Source: Macrostomum lignano (Eukaryota). Taken from it: 64,000 nucleotides of DNA. This document shows, piece after piece, positions 36,101-48,100 of this stretch (position 1 is the stretch's first letter; every line of letters starts with the position of its first letter). The notes below the pieces were generated by a model. The model searched no databases. It was given only the letters and a program-made list of their open reading frames with translations, and was not told the DNA's origin. The stretch spans positions 1 through 64,000 of the forward strand of contig NIVC01002334.1 of the NCBI GenBank assembly GCA_002269645.1, written 5' to 3'. Position numbers and translations under genes: made by a program.

Positions 36101-39100
36101 GGGGTAAGCAAACCATCGCAGGCCACCAGTTGTCTCCGTTTGTTGGCCAGTAGCCGAGAACCAGCGATCCCGGTTGAATTTTTTGACGCTTGACTGCACT
36201 ATTGGCCGGAGTTGGAGCTGCTGGTCGCTTTCTAGCCAGGCGATGGCCGGGGCCAGAGGCTGCGGCGTCGCCAACAGCGGCATCGGCAGTAGAGGCTGCG
36301 GCGTCGCCAGCAGCGGCATCGGAGGCTGCGGCGTCACCAGCAGCGGCATCGGCAGTGGAGGCTGCGGCGTCGCCAGCAGCGGCATCGGCAGCGGAGGCTG
36401 CGGCGTCGCCAGCAGCGGCATCGGCAGCGGAGGCTGCGGCGTCGCCAGCAGCGGCATCGGCAGTGGAGGCTGCGGCGTCGCCAGCAGCGGCATCGGCAGC
36501 GGAGGCTGCGGCGTCGCCAGCAGCGGCATCGGCAGCGGAGGCGGAGACAGCGGCGCCATCAAATTCGCTATCGCTGTTGCCGTACAGCTGGTTTACGATC
36601 CCATTGAAATCCTCCGAGTTAAACGATACGTCAAGCAGGACGGCGTCCGACAGGGCGGTGTCAAGCAGGACGGCGCCAGGCACGGTGTCGCTAGGCACAG
36701 CGGCGGCAGACACAGCGGCGCCAGGCGCGATGTCGCAAAACACAGCGGCGGCAGACACAGCGGCGCCAGGCACGGTGTCGCTAGGCACAGCGGCGGCAGA
36801 CACAGCGGCGCCAGGCGCGATGTCGTAAAACACAGCGGCGGCAGACACAGCGGCGCCAGGCACGGTGTCGCTAGGCACAGCGGCAGCAGACACAGCGGCG
36901 CCAGGCGCGATGTCGCAAAACACAGCGGCGGCAGACACAGCGGCGCCAGGCACGGTGTCGCTAGGCACAGCGGCGGCAGATACAGCGGCCCCAGCGGCAG
37001 GCAGGATGGGAGCAGTCGGCCGACGGGTCTTCTTTGCCGCCGATGTCGATGCCGCTGCTTTTTTTTGCCATCGGCACGGCGGAGGAGCCCTGGACCCATT
37101 CGCCGATGGGCCGGCAACCGACACGGAGTCCCTGTCAGCAGACGGCGGATTGTCCATCCTATGAAGAATGCTGTCCAGGTCGTAATCTAATAGAGGAAAG
37201 ATAGAAAGTAGCAAGTTTTTTAAGCAAATTCATTTAACGGGGAGAAAACAACTAGAACTGACTTTTTTATTGCTAATGTAAATATTTTAGGTCATTTCTG
37301 ACAAAATTAGTAAATTTCATTGCATTTATAGCGCCTTTTAATTGTACAGGTTATTCGCAAATTCTAATTTCCTCAAATGTTAGCAATCATGCTGTACTCA
37401 CTGTCGCTATCGATGCCGCCGGCGAGTTCGTTGGCCGCCCTCTGCAGCCGGCTGCCTTGAATTGGAGCTCTGGCGCTCAGGGTGTCGTCTTGCAGCGCTG
37501 TCGCACTCGACACCAATTTCTTTGTTAGTTCACGGCCCTTCTTCCGCCTCTCCTTGGTCTGGCCCTGTTTAGATTTTCAGACGGGATTGCAGATTTGATG
37601 GAGTCAGATGAGTAGAATGAATGAAAAATAATACAATATATACTCATAATTGTGTTTACTACATTCCTACATTGGTGTAAGGGCTCAAATGCGCAGCTTT
37701 AATGACTGAACTATGTTATATGCATCTATTTAGTGTATTGAATTTAGTTTTTATTCAGAACTTTTTATTAACTCACAAAAGGTGCAACTGCTTTATAAAT
37801 ATTAAAATAAGTTTGAATTAGTTGCTAAGGAATCCTATTTTACACTTAAAATATGATTTTTGTCGTTTCAGAAGTCTTCAGTGACAATTATTTAGCAAAT
37901 TTAGCGATTTTACCTGGTAAAATTGGCGCTGCACACCTTCGGTGTGATTTTGGTGGTCAGCCATGAGCCGCTGTTCCTCCGCAGAGCAGTTTGACAGGCC
38001 CATAACCTCCAACCATTGCCGAAACTTGGAAACCGTGACGTTTTTGAGCAGCGGAGAATACCTTTCTCGGTACTGGTAAAACAGTCGGTCAAATGACCCG
38101 TAGGGAAACACGAGCGCTAGGTCATCGTCCTTTGGACGCTCAGCAAAGCGCTGGGCCAGCAGCTGCATGAGCAGGTCGGCGCAGGGCGCGACGCTGGCCC
38201 AGGCCGACCCATGCTTTGCGTTCGACTTGTGGCTCTGCACCTTCAGCGGCTCGTTAGGTGCTTTGAGCCAGCGCCGGGCGTCCGAGATAAGGCAAGTCGA
38301 GGCCACGCCTTGCCGGTTGGCATTACCATCGCCAAAGCAGATGACCATGCCAACGGCCAGGAATGTCACCGTCCTGTGCGGATGGAATTAGAGGTATTTA
38401 TTTATTTATAGGTAATTTTCTAAGCTGTCTCAGATTTCTGTAATTTCTGAGCTAATAAAATTTTCAATGCCATTCTGAATACCAGTGCCATATTGAATAC
38501 CAGCTAGCGCCATATTTATCCCAGTGCCATTTTGAATTCCAGCGCCATATTGAATACCAGCTAGCGCCATATTTATCCCAGTGCCATTTTGAATTCCAGC
38601 GCCATATTGAATACCAGCTAGCGCCATATTTATCCCAGTGCTATTTTGAATACAGTGCCATATTTATCCCAGCGCCATTTTTAATGCCAGTGTCATATTA
38701 AGCCCCATCAAACTTTTATACCTCGGCATAAAAAGCATTGGGAAAAAATTTAACTCACCTGTCCTTGGTTGATCGCGCTTCTGCCAGCACAGCGTCTTTC
38801 ATCTCAAAGACGGCTTTAATCTGCTCGCCTGTGAGCAATTCTTCTTCTCGGCGGTCAATAAGCTTCGCATAATATTCGGCCTTCGGCCCCATTGAACTTG
38901 CAGTCCAATTTTTTGTGGACTGCCTGTACGAGGTCAGCTGTTGTTGCATCCCACCGTCTACAATCTGCTGGAAACGGCGGGTAATTAAAAAATTACCCAC
39001 TTTCTCAAGCGCGGACACCGTTTGTTTTAGAATGGAGTAGGACAAACTGTCCAGATATTCGCTAATTCTATCGCGCATATCTTCGCTGATCAGCTGATTA

Positions 39101-42100
39101 AAGCTCATGATATCTAGACGCTGCATCAGCCGTTTGAGGTAGCAGCGGATCTCGCGGACCGTAGCCGGCTTTTTTCGTCCGCCTAAAGAGCTTGCCAGGA
39201 AGACGCAGAGTGCTTCCACGTCAACTGTCGATGGGTGCTCAGCCACTGCTGCTCTGGCTGGCACTTTGGCCCTGGCTTCGATAAGTTTCTGCTCTTTCTC
39301 GGCTCGAACTACGCTAGGGTGGCTATTTCGCTTGTGGCTGCTGAGCTGATTTGCGTTGTTCTTCCATTCGCCGCAGACTGCACACTGCAGTGCCGTCTCG
39401 GGCATCGGGCCGGCAGTTCTTTCGTGAGTATGCAGCTTAACTGCAGCTCGCAGCGCTTGCAGAGCTTTTCTCTGCAGAGCATCTGCTGGGACCTGTTCAG
39501 TTGCTGCTAGCTTTTCTTTCGTGCTTTCTAGCACAGCTGAATGAGCCCTTTTGATGTGCTCACTAAATCTGGATTGTTTAATTGGCATGCAGTTGCCAAA
39601 CGGGCAGATATACTCTTGCCCGGCCCGCGTTTTCTTTGGCTCCTGGGCGTTGGCGGGCTGCTGGGTGCTGGCGGGCTGCTGGGTGCTGGCGGGCTGCTGG
39701 GTGCTGGCGGGCTGCTGGGTGCTGGCGGGCTGCTGAGTGCTGGCCGGCTGCTGGGTGCTGGCGGGCTGCTGGGTGCTGGCGGTCTTCTGGGTGCTGGCGG
39801 GCTGCTGAGTGCTGGCGGGCTGCTGGGTGCTGGCGGTCTTCTGGGTGCTGGCGGGCTGCTGAGTGCTGGCCGGCTGCTGGGTGCTGGCGGGCTGCTGGGT
39901 GCTGGCGGGCTGCTGAGTGCTGGCGGGCTGCTGGGTGCTGGCGGGCTGCTGGGTGCTGGCGGGCTGCTGAGTGCTGGCGGGCTGCTGGGTGCTGGCGGGC
40001 TGCTGGGTGCTGGCGGGCTGCTGGGTGCTGGCGGGCTGCTGAGTGCTGGCTGGCTGCTGGGTGCTGGCGGGCTGCTGGGTGCTGGCGGTCTTCTGGGTGC
40101 TGGCGGGCTGCTGAGTGCTGGCGGGCTGCTGGGTGCTGGCGGTCTTCTGGGTGCTGGCGGGCTGCTGAATGGACGACTTTGTCCATTTTTCCCATTGCAA
40201 CAGTTTTTCAATAAATGTCTTATTCATTGCGATTGAATTGAATTGAATAGCAATTGAAGGTATGATGCGAAATAGAAATTCGAGAATTAGATTATATATG
40301 CGAGAAAAAATATGCATATGCTCAAAAATGGGGATGAAGTCAGTCGTCAACAAATCAAAGGGAAGATGAAATTTCATTGGTTGCAATCTTGACTCAACTT
40401 TGGTGACTAATTAAAGTTTACCATTTTACATATTTGGAACTGCTTGACACGATTCTTTACAATAATGGCGCAATCATAAGTTTGGTGCAACAAATTTGCT
40501 TAGATAGGTGTCTTCCACCATGAACCACCTATCACTTTCACTGAGCATTGCGCAATCTTGAGCATACTCAGAGCACGTATTTGCTTTTGAACAATCGTGA
40601 AAACTGCGATTCTTATCTTTACTCAAACTCCAGCTATGGTGGAAAGATCGGGAAAAGCGCGAATCACACCACCAAACACACCGCTGTGCATAATACAAAA
40701 CAATATATAGATAAAAAGTGGAACTCTCACAGCGGGAGACCAAACCAAAAGTGAAAGCAAAGCTAAATTGTATTTTAGAAAGAGCCTTACTAAAGAAGCT
40801 GGTGAAATAATTCTGAGCTAAACTGTCAGTCATCAAGTATCAATAAAATGTACGAGCACCGTATATTCAAACGTCGATTTAAACTATGGCAGCACTGTCA
40901 ATATATAGAATTAAATGGAGAGCTTAGAAATGACACTCAATGGGGCTGATATACACAGGTGCAAAGATGACGCAGAGCCCGCTTCTCTCAGCATCTCTAA
41001 CTTGCACTGTCAATATATAGAATTAAATGGAGAGCTTAGAAATGACACTCAATGGGGCTGATATACACAGGTGCAAAGATGACGCGGAGCCTGCTTCTCT
41101 CAGCATCTCTAACTAGCGCTGTCAATATATAGAATTAAATGGAGAGCTTAGAAATGACACCCAATGGGGCTGATATACACAGGTGCAAAGATGACGCGGA
41201 GCCCGCTTCTCTCAGCATCTCTAACTTGCACTGTCAATATATAGAATTAAATGGAGAGCTTAGAAATGACACTCAATGGGGCTGATATACACAGGTGCAA
41301 AGATGACGCAGAGCCTGCTTCTCTCAGCATCTCTAACTAGCGCTGTCAATATATAGAATTAAATGGAGAGCTTAGAAATGACACCCAATGGGGCTGATAT
41401 ACACAGGTGCAAAGATGACGCAGAGCCCGCTTCTCTCAGAATCTCTAACTAGCGCTGTCAATATATAGAATTAAATGGAGAGCTTAGAAATGACACTCAA
41501 TGGGGCTGATATACACAGGTGCAAAGATGACGCAGAGCCCGCTTCTCTCAGCATCTCTAACTAGCGCTGTCAATATATAGAATTAAATGGAGAGCTTAGA
41601 AATGACACTCAATGGGGCTGATATACACAGGTGCAAAGATGACGCAGAGCCCGCTTCTCTCAGAATCTCTAACCAGCGCTGTCAATATATAGAATCAAAT
41701 GGAGAGCTTAGAAATGACACTCAATGGGGCTGATATACACAGGTGCAAAGATGACGCGGAGCCCGCTTCTCTCAGCATCTCTAACTAGCGCTGTCAATAT
41801 ATAGAATCAAATGGAGAGCTTAGAAATGACACTCAATGGGGCTGATATACACAGGTGCAAAGATGACGCAGAGCCCGCTTCTCTCAGAATCTCTAACTAG
41901 CGCTGTCAATATATAGAATCAAATGGAGAGCTTAGAAATGACACTCAATGGGGCTGATATACACAGGTGCAAAGATGACGCAGAGCCCGCTTCTCTCAGC
42001 ATCTCTAACTTGCACTGTCAATATATAGAATCAAATGGAGAGCTTAGAAATGACACTCAATGGGGCTGATATACACAGGTGCAAAGATGACGCAGAGCCC

Positions 42101-45100
42101 GCTTCTCTCAGCATCTCTAACTAGCACTGTCAATATATAGAATTAAATGGAGAGCTTAGAAATGACACTCAATGGGGCTGATATACACAGGTGCAAAGAT
42201 GACGCAGAGCCCGCTACTCTCAGAATCTCTAACTAGCACTGTCAATATATAGAATTAAATGGAGAGCTTAGAAATGACACTCAATGGGGCTGATATACAC
42301 AGGTGCAAAGATGACGCAGAGCCCACTTCTCTCAGCATCTCTAACTAGCACTGTCAATATATAGAATTAAATAGAGAGCTTAGAAATGACACTCAATGGG
42401 GCTGATATACACAGGTGCAAAGATGACGCAGAGCCCGCTTCTCTCAGCATCTCTAACTAGCACTGTCAATATATAGAATTAAATGGAGAGCTTAGAAATG
42501 ACACTCAATGGGGCTGATATACACAGGTGCAAAGATGACGCAGAGCCCGCTTCTCTCAGCATCTCTAACTAGCACTGTCAATATATAGAATTAAATGGAG
42601 AGCTTAGAAATGACACTAAATGGGGCTGATATACACAGGTGCAAAAATGACGCAGAGCCTGCTTCTCTCAGCATCTCTAACTTGCACTGTCAATATATAG
42701 AATTAAATGGAGAGCTTAGAAATGACACTCAATGGGGCTGATATACACAGGTGCAAAGATGACGCAGAGCCCGCTTCTCTCAGAATCTCTAACTAGCGCT
42801 GTCAATATATAGAATCAAATGGAGAGCTTAGAAATGACACTCAATGGGGCTGATATACACAGGTGCAAAGATGACGCAGAGCCCGCTTCTCTCAGAATCT
42901 CTAACTAGCACTGTCAATATATAGAATCAAATGGAGAGCTTAGAAATGACACTAAATGGGGCTGATATACACAGGTGCAAAGATGACGCAGAGCCTGCTT
43001 CTCTCAGCATCTCTAACTTGCACTGTCAATATATAGAATTAAATGGAGAGCTTAGAAATGACACTAAATGGGGCTGATATACACAGGTGCAAAGATGACG
43101 CAGAGCCTGCTTCTCTCAGCATCTCTAACTTGCACTGTCAATATATAGAATTAAATGGAGAGCTTAGAAATGACACCCAATGGGGCTGATATACACAGGT
43201 GCAAAGATGACGCAGAGCCCGCTTCTCTCAGAATCTCTAACTAGCGCTGTCAATATATAGAATTAAATGGAGAGCTTAGAAATGACACTCAATGGGGCTG
43301 ATATACACAGGTGCAAAGATGACGCAGAGCCCGCTTCTCTCAGAATCTCTAACTAGCACTGTCAATATATAGAATCAAATGGAGAGCTTAGAAATGACAC
43401 TCAATGGGGCTGATATACACAGGTGCAAAGATGACGCGGAGCCCGCTTCTCTCAGCATCTCTAACTAGCGCTGTCAATATATAGAATCAAATGGAGAGCT
43501 TAGAAATGACACTCAATGGGGCTGATATACACAGGTGCAAAGATGACGCAGAGCCCGCTTCTCTCAGAATCTCTAACTAGCGCTGTCAATATATAGAATC
43601 AAATGGAGAGCTTAGAAATGACACTCAATGGGGCTGATATAAACAGGTGCAAAGATGACGCAGAGCCCGCTTCTCTCAGCATCTCTAACTTGCACTGTGA
43701 ATATATAGAATTAAATGGAGAGCTTAGAAATGACACTCAATGGGGCTGATATACACAGGTGCAAAGATGACGCAGAGCCCGCTTCTCTCAGCATCTCTAA
43801 CTAGCACTGTCAATATATAGAATTAAATGGAGAGCTTAGAAATGACACTCAATGGGGCTGATATACACAGGTGCAAAGATGACGCAGAGCCTGCTTCTCT
43901 CAGCATCTCTAACTAGCGCTGTCAATATATAGAATTAAATGGAGAGCTTAGAAATGACACCCAATGGGGCTGATATACACAGGTGCAAAGATGACGCAGA
44001 GCCCGCTTCTCTCAGAATCTCTAACTAGCGCTGTCAATATATAGAATTAAATGGAGAGCTTAGAAATGACACTCAATGGGGCTGATATACACAGGTGCAA
44101 AGATGACGCAGAGCCCGCTTCTCTCAGCATCTCTAACTAGCGCTGTCAATATATAGAATTAAATGGAGAGCTTAGAAATGACACTCAATGGGGCTGATAT
44201 ACACAGGTGCAAAGATGACGCAGAGCCCGCTTCTCTCAGAATCTCTAACCAGCGCTGTCAATATATAGAATCAAATGGAGAGCTTAGAAATGACACTCAA
44301 TGGGGCTGATATACACAGGTGCAAAGATGACGCAGAGCCCGCTTCTCTCAGCATCTCTAACTAGCGCTGTCAATATATAGAATCAAATGGAGAGCTTAGA
44401 AATGACACTCAATGGGGCTGATATACACAGGTGCAAAGATGACGCAGAGCCCGCTTCTCTCAGAATCTCTAACTAGCGCTGTCAATATATAGAATCAAAT
44501 GGAGAGCTTAGAAATGACACTCAATGGGGCTGATATACACAGGTGCAAAGATGACGCAGAGCCCGCTTCTCTCAGCATCTCTAACTTGCACTGTCAATAT
44601 ATAGAATCAAATGGAGAGCTTAGAAATGACACTCAATGGGGCTGATATACACAGGTGCAAAGATGACGCAGAGCCCGCTTCTCTCAGCATCTCTAACTAG
44701 CACTGTCAATATATAGAATTAAATGGAGAGCTTAGAAATGACACTCAATGGGGCTGATATACACAGGTGCAAAGATGACGCAGAGCCCGCTACTCTCAGC
44801 ATCTCTAACTAGCGCTGTCAATATATAGAATTAAATGGAGAGCTTAGAAATGACACTCAATGGGGCTGATATACACAGGTGCAAAGATGACGCAGAGCCC
44901 ACTTCTCTCAGCATCTCTAACTAGCACTGTCAATACATAGACTTAAATGGAGAGCTTAGAAATGACACTCAATGGGGCTGATATACACAGGTGCAAAGAT
45001 GACGCAGAGCCCGCTTCTCTCAGCATCTCTAACTAGCACTGTCAATATATAGAATTAAATGGAGAGCTTAGAAATGACACTCAATGGGGCTGATATACAC

Positions 45101-48100
45101 AGGTGCAAAGATGACGCAGAGCCCGCTTCTCTCAGCATCTCTAACTAGCACTGTCAATATATAGAATTAAATGGAGAGCTTAGAAATGACACTCAATGGG
45201 GCTGATATACACAGGTGCAAAGATGACGCAGAGCCCGCTTCTCTCAGCATCTCTAACTTGCACTGTCAATATATAGAATTAAATGGAGAGCTTAGAAATG
45301 ACACTCAATGGGGCTGATATACACAGGTGCAAAGATGACGCAGAGCCTGCTTCTCTCAGCATCTCTAACTAGCACTGTCAATATATAGAATTAAATGGAG
45401 AGCTTAGAAATGACACTCAATGGGGCCGATATACACAGGTGCAAAGATGACGCAGAGCCCGCTTCTCTCAGAATCTTTAACTAGCACTGTCAATATATAG
45501 ACTTAAATGGAGAGCTTAGAAATGACACTCAATGGGGCTGATATACACAGGTGCAAAGATGACGCAGAGCCCGCTTCTCTCAGCATCTCTAACTAGCACT
45601 GTCAATATATAGAATTAAATGGAGAGCTTAGAAATGACACTCAATGGGGCTGATATACACAGGTGCAAAGATGACGCAGAGCCCGCTTCTCTCAGCATCT
45701 CTAACTAGCACTGTCAATATATAGAATTAAATGGAGAGCTTAGAAATGACACTCAATGGGGCTGATATACACAGGTGCAAAGATGACACAGAGCCCGCTT
45801 CTCTCAGCATCTCTAACTTGCACTGTCAATATATAGAATTAAATGGAGAGCTTAGAAATGACACTCAATGGGGCTGATATACACAGGTGCAAAGATGACG
45901 CAGAGCCTGCTTCTCTCAGCATCTCTAACTTGCACTGTCAATATATAGAATTAAATGGAGAGCTTAGAAATGACACTCAATGGGGCCGATATACACAGGT
46001 GCAAAGATGACGCAGAGCCCGCTTCTCTCAGAATCTTTAACTAGCGCTGTCAATATATAGAATTAAATGGAGAGCTTAGAAATGACACCCAATGGGGCTG
46101 ATATACACAGGTGCAAAGATGACGCAGAGCCCGCTTCTCTCAGAATCTCTAACTAGCGCTGTCAATATATAGAATTAAATGGAGAGCTTAGAAATGACAC
46201 CCAATGGGGCTGATATACACAGGTGCAAATATTTTTATTTACATAGTTATTTGAATAACTATAACTTCAAATAGTTATTCGAAGGATTGTAGTTTTGTCT
46301 CTTGAAGTCAAATATGTCTTTGTTTTTCGCCTTAAAGTAGTATATCTGATTTCAGCTTAATTTTTGTTGGGATAGGGAAAATCTTGCGTTGTTTTATTGA
46401 TTTAAGTTTCGTCATTTTTTTGGGGTATATTTAGAATATATCCTCTTTTGGAACGTTAATTTTTTGCGCGTCATTTTTATTTTTTTATAGGATATATTCG
46501 ATTGTGTCATTTCTACATTTTGCGTCATCCAAACGCCCCTTTCCGACAATCTCCCGTGGAGCCCCCCCCCAGGGCAAATACGGAGCAAAATAGAGCATAA
46601 AAATGGCTTGACGCTTAAGTGGCCGGAACGCAGAGCTGAGGACGCGAGGCGAGATCGAATGTTGCTTCTCACCCAGTGAATGGAGCAAATTATATCCGTG
46701 AGATTATAAAAAAATTTCCCCCACGTTCCAGCTGAAATCCTTCCACGCTTGGGGTTTAATACAAGCCGAAATCTCTATCCTGCTCTCTCTCTTCTTCCCT
46801 TCGTCGCAACCGAATCCCATCTGGAGCCGGAAACTTCAAAGGGAAGCCGATCAAATATCCCCTATTGCTTTCGCAAGAGACGCTTGCGCCCTGCCGACAA
46901 TAGTCTAGCTGTGCAGTTTTATCCAGTTTACTTTGCACTGCAGAAACTCCCTCTCTAAATGAGACGAAATTAATTAGACTTGTTATTTGGATGTCTTTGA
47001 TATCAGATAGGTAGACAGATAGGAAATGAAGACAAGAAACTGCCACACGATATGGTGACTGTTAGTTGTGTTGCGTGGTTAGTGTCTCTTGAGTTTGACA
47101 AAAACAATTTTAAAGCTTTAATTAAAGAGAGGCCACCCGAAATGTGTCACAAATTTAGCCGTAACTTTTGAGGTAAGTGTCCAAAAGAGTTAAGATGTAG
47201 TCGTGTAGGAGCGAATAAGAGATGAAAATGTGCTGCTTTATACTTGGATTGGAATCAATGATACAGCATTGGCTTTTACGGTATGGGCCCAAGGACTACT
47301 CAAGTAACATATAACGGGTGTCCCAAAAAAAGGTAACACTTTGTGCGCTCACTGTGAGTGAGCAGTTAGGCCTATAGCACAGTAATTTAACAGGTCCACA
47401 GTAAACATTTGTAAGTTTTTCCCACAAACATTTGGTTGCGAAAAATTGCTCCAGAGGCGAGTTATTGAGCACAGAAGTGTACGCTAGCTTTTCTGCCAAG
47501 CTTTGCCATACACAGCTGCCATAGCCAATCTTTTGCTTTAAAAAATCTTAAGGAGCATAGACTCTGAGACGGTGTGTGGTCAAGTACCAGTTTATTTGAA
47601 AAATCGTTATTGATTTTTTGAGCTTGTAAGTGTACGCTAGCTTCTCTGATAAGCTTTGCCATAGACGGAGGCCATAGACAATCTTTTGCGTTAGAAAAAT
47701 GACAGAGACTCTGATACTGATCTAACGTTAAAATTTTTAAAAGTGAGCGCACAAAGTGTTACCTTTTTTTGGGACACCCGTTATATAGGACGCTACACTC
47801 GAAATCTATGGTATATGTTTTGCAGGCAACTTTTACCATAGATTTCGAGTGTTGCGTCCTTCTACTTAAGTTGCCCTTGTAATGGGCCCCAGAGTCACTA
47901 GCTACTAGCTACTTTCTGGACACTACTCATAGGTAGACAGATAGCCAGAGGACACTAAAACAGATTGGCACAGACAGACGGGCTACAGATGTCACAACTA
48001 CTAGCATGATCAGGTATACCGATAGACAGGCAGGCAAACGCACACAATAAAGTCTCTCACCTAGCGCTCCAGATAGCAGGATGGTTGCCCACACAGCGTC

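Larger units (their letters stand above)
33831..46540. mobile_element. Candidate ~12.7-kb tyrosine-recombinase element with inverted satellite arms
   Basis: Inverted 112-bp arrays enclose a YR-PWWP gene. The outer flanks show degenerate inverted similarity (AGGGGC..ATGACGC at 33831 vs GCGTCAT..GCCCCT at 46522-46540). No TSD found, so the outer limits are tentative. Confidence 0.55.

Noticed and set aside
35987-40236. Alternative-frame and antisense ORFs (36174.., 36190.., 36593.., 39528.., 39541.., 39578.., 39582..)
   Set aside because: Shadows of the GC-rich coding repeats in the YR-PWWP gene.
40474-40836. Extra upstream exon or separate gene of the YR cassette
   Set aside because: No recognisable domain and no convincing in-phase splice link to exon 1; unresolved without RNA data.
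34118-46229. CRISPR-like array
   Set aside because: Units are contiguous 112-bp monomers with no unique spacers, there are no cas genes, and the context is eukaryotic. The same applies to the 44-, 26- and 21-bp arrays.
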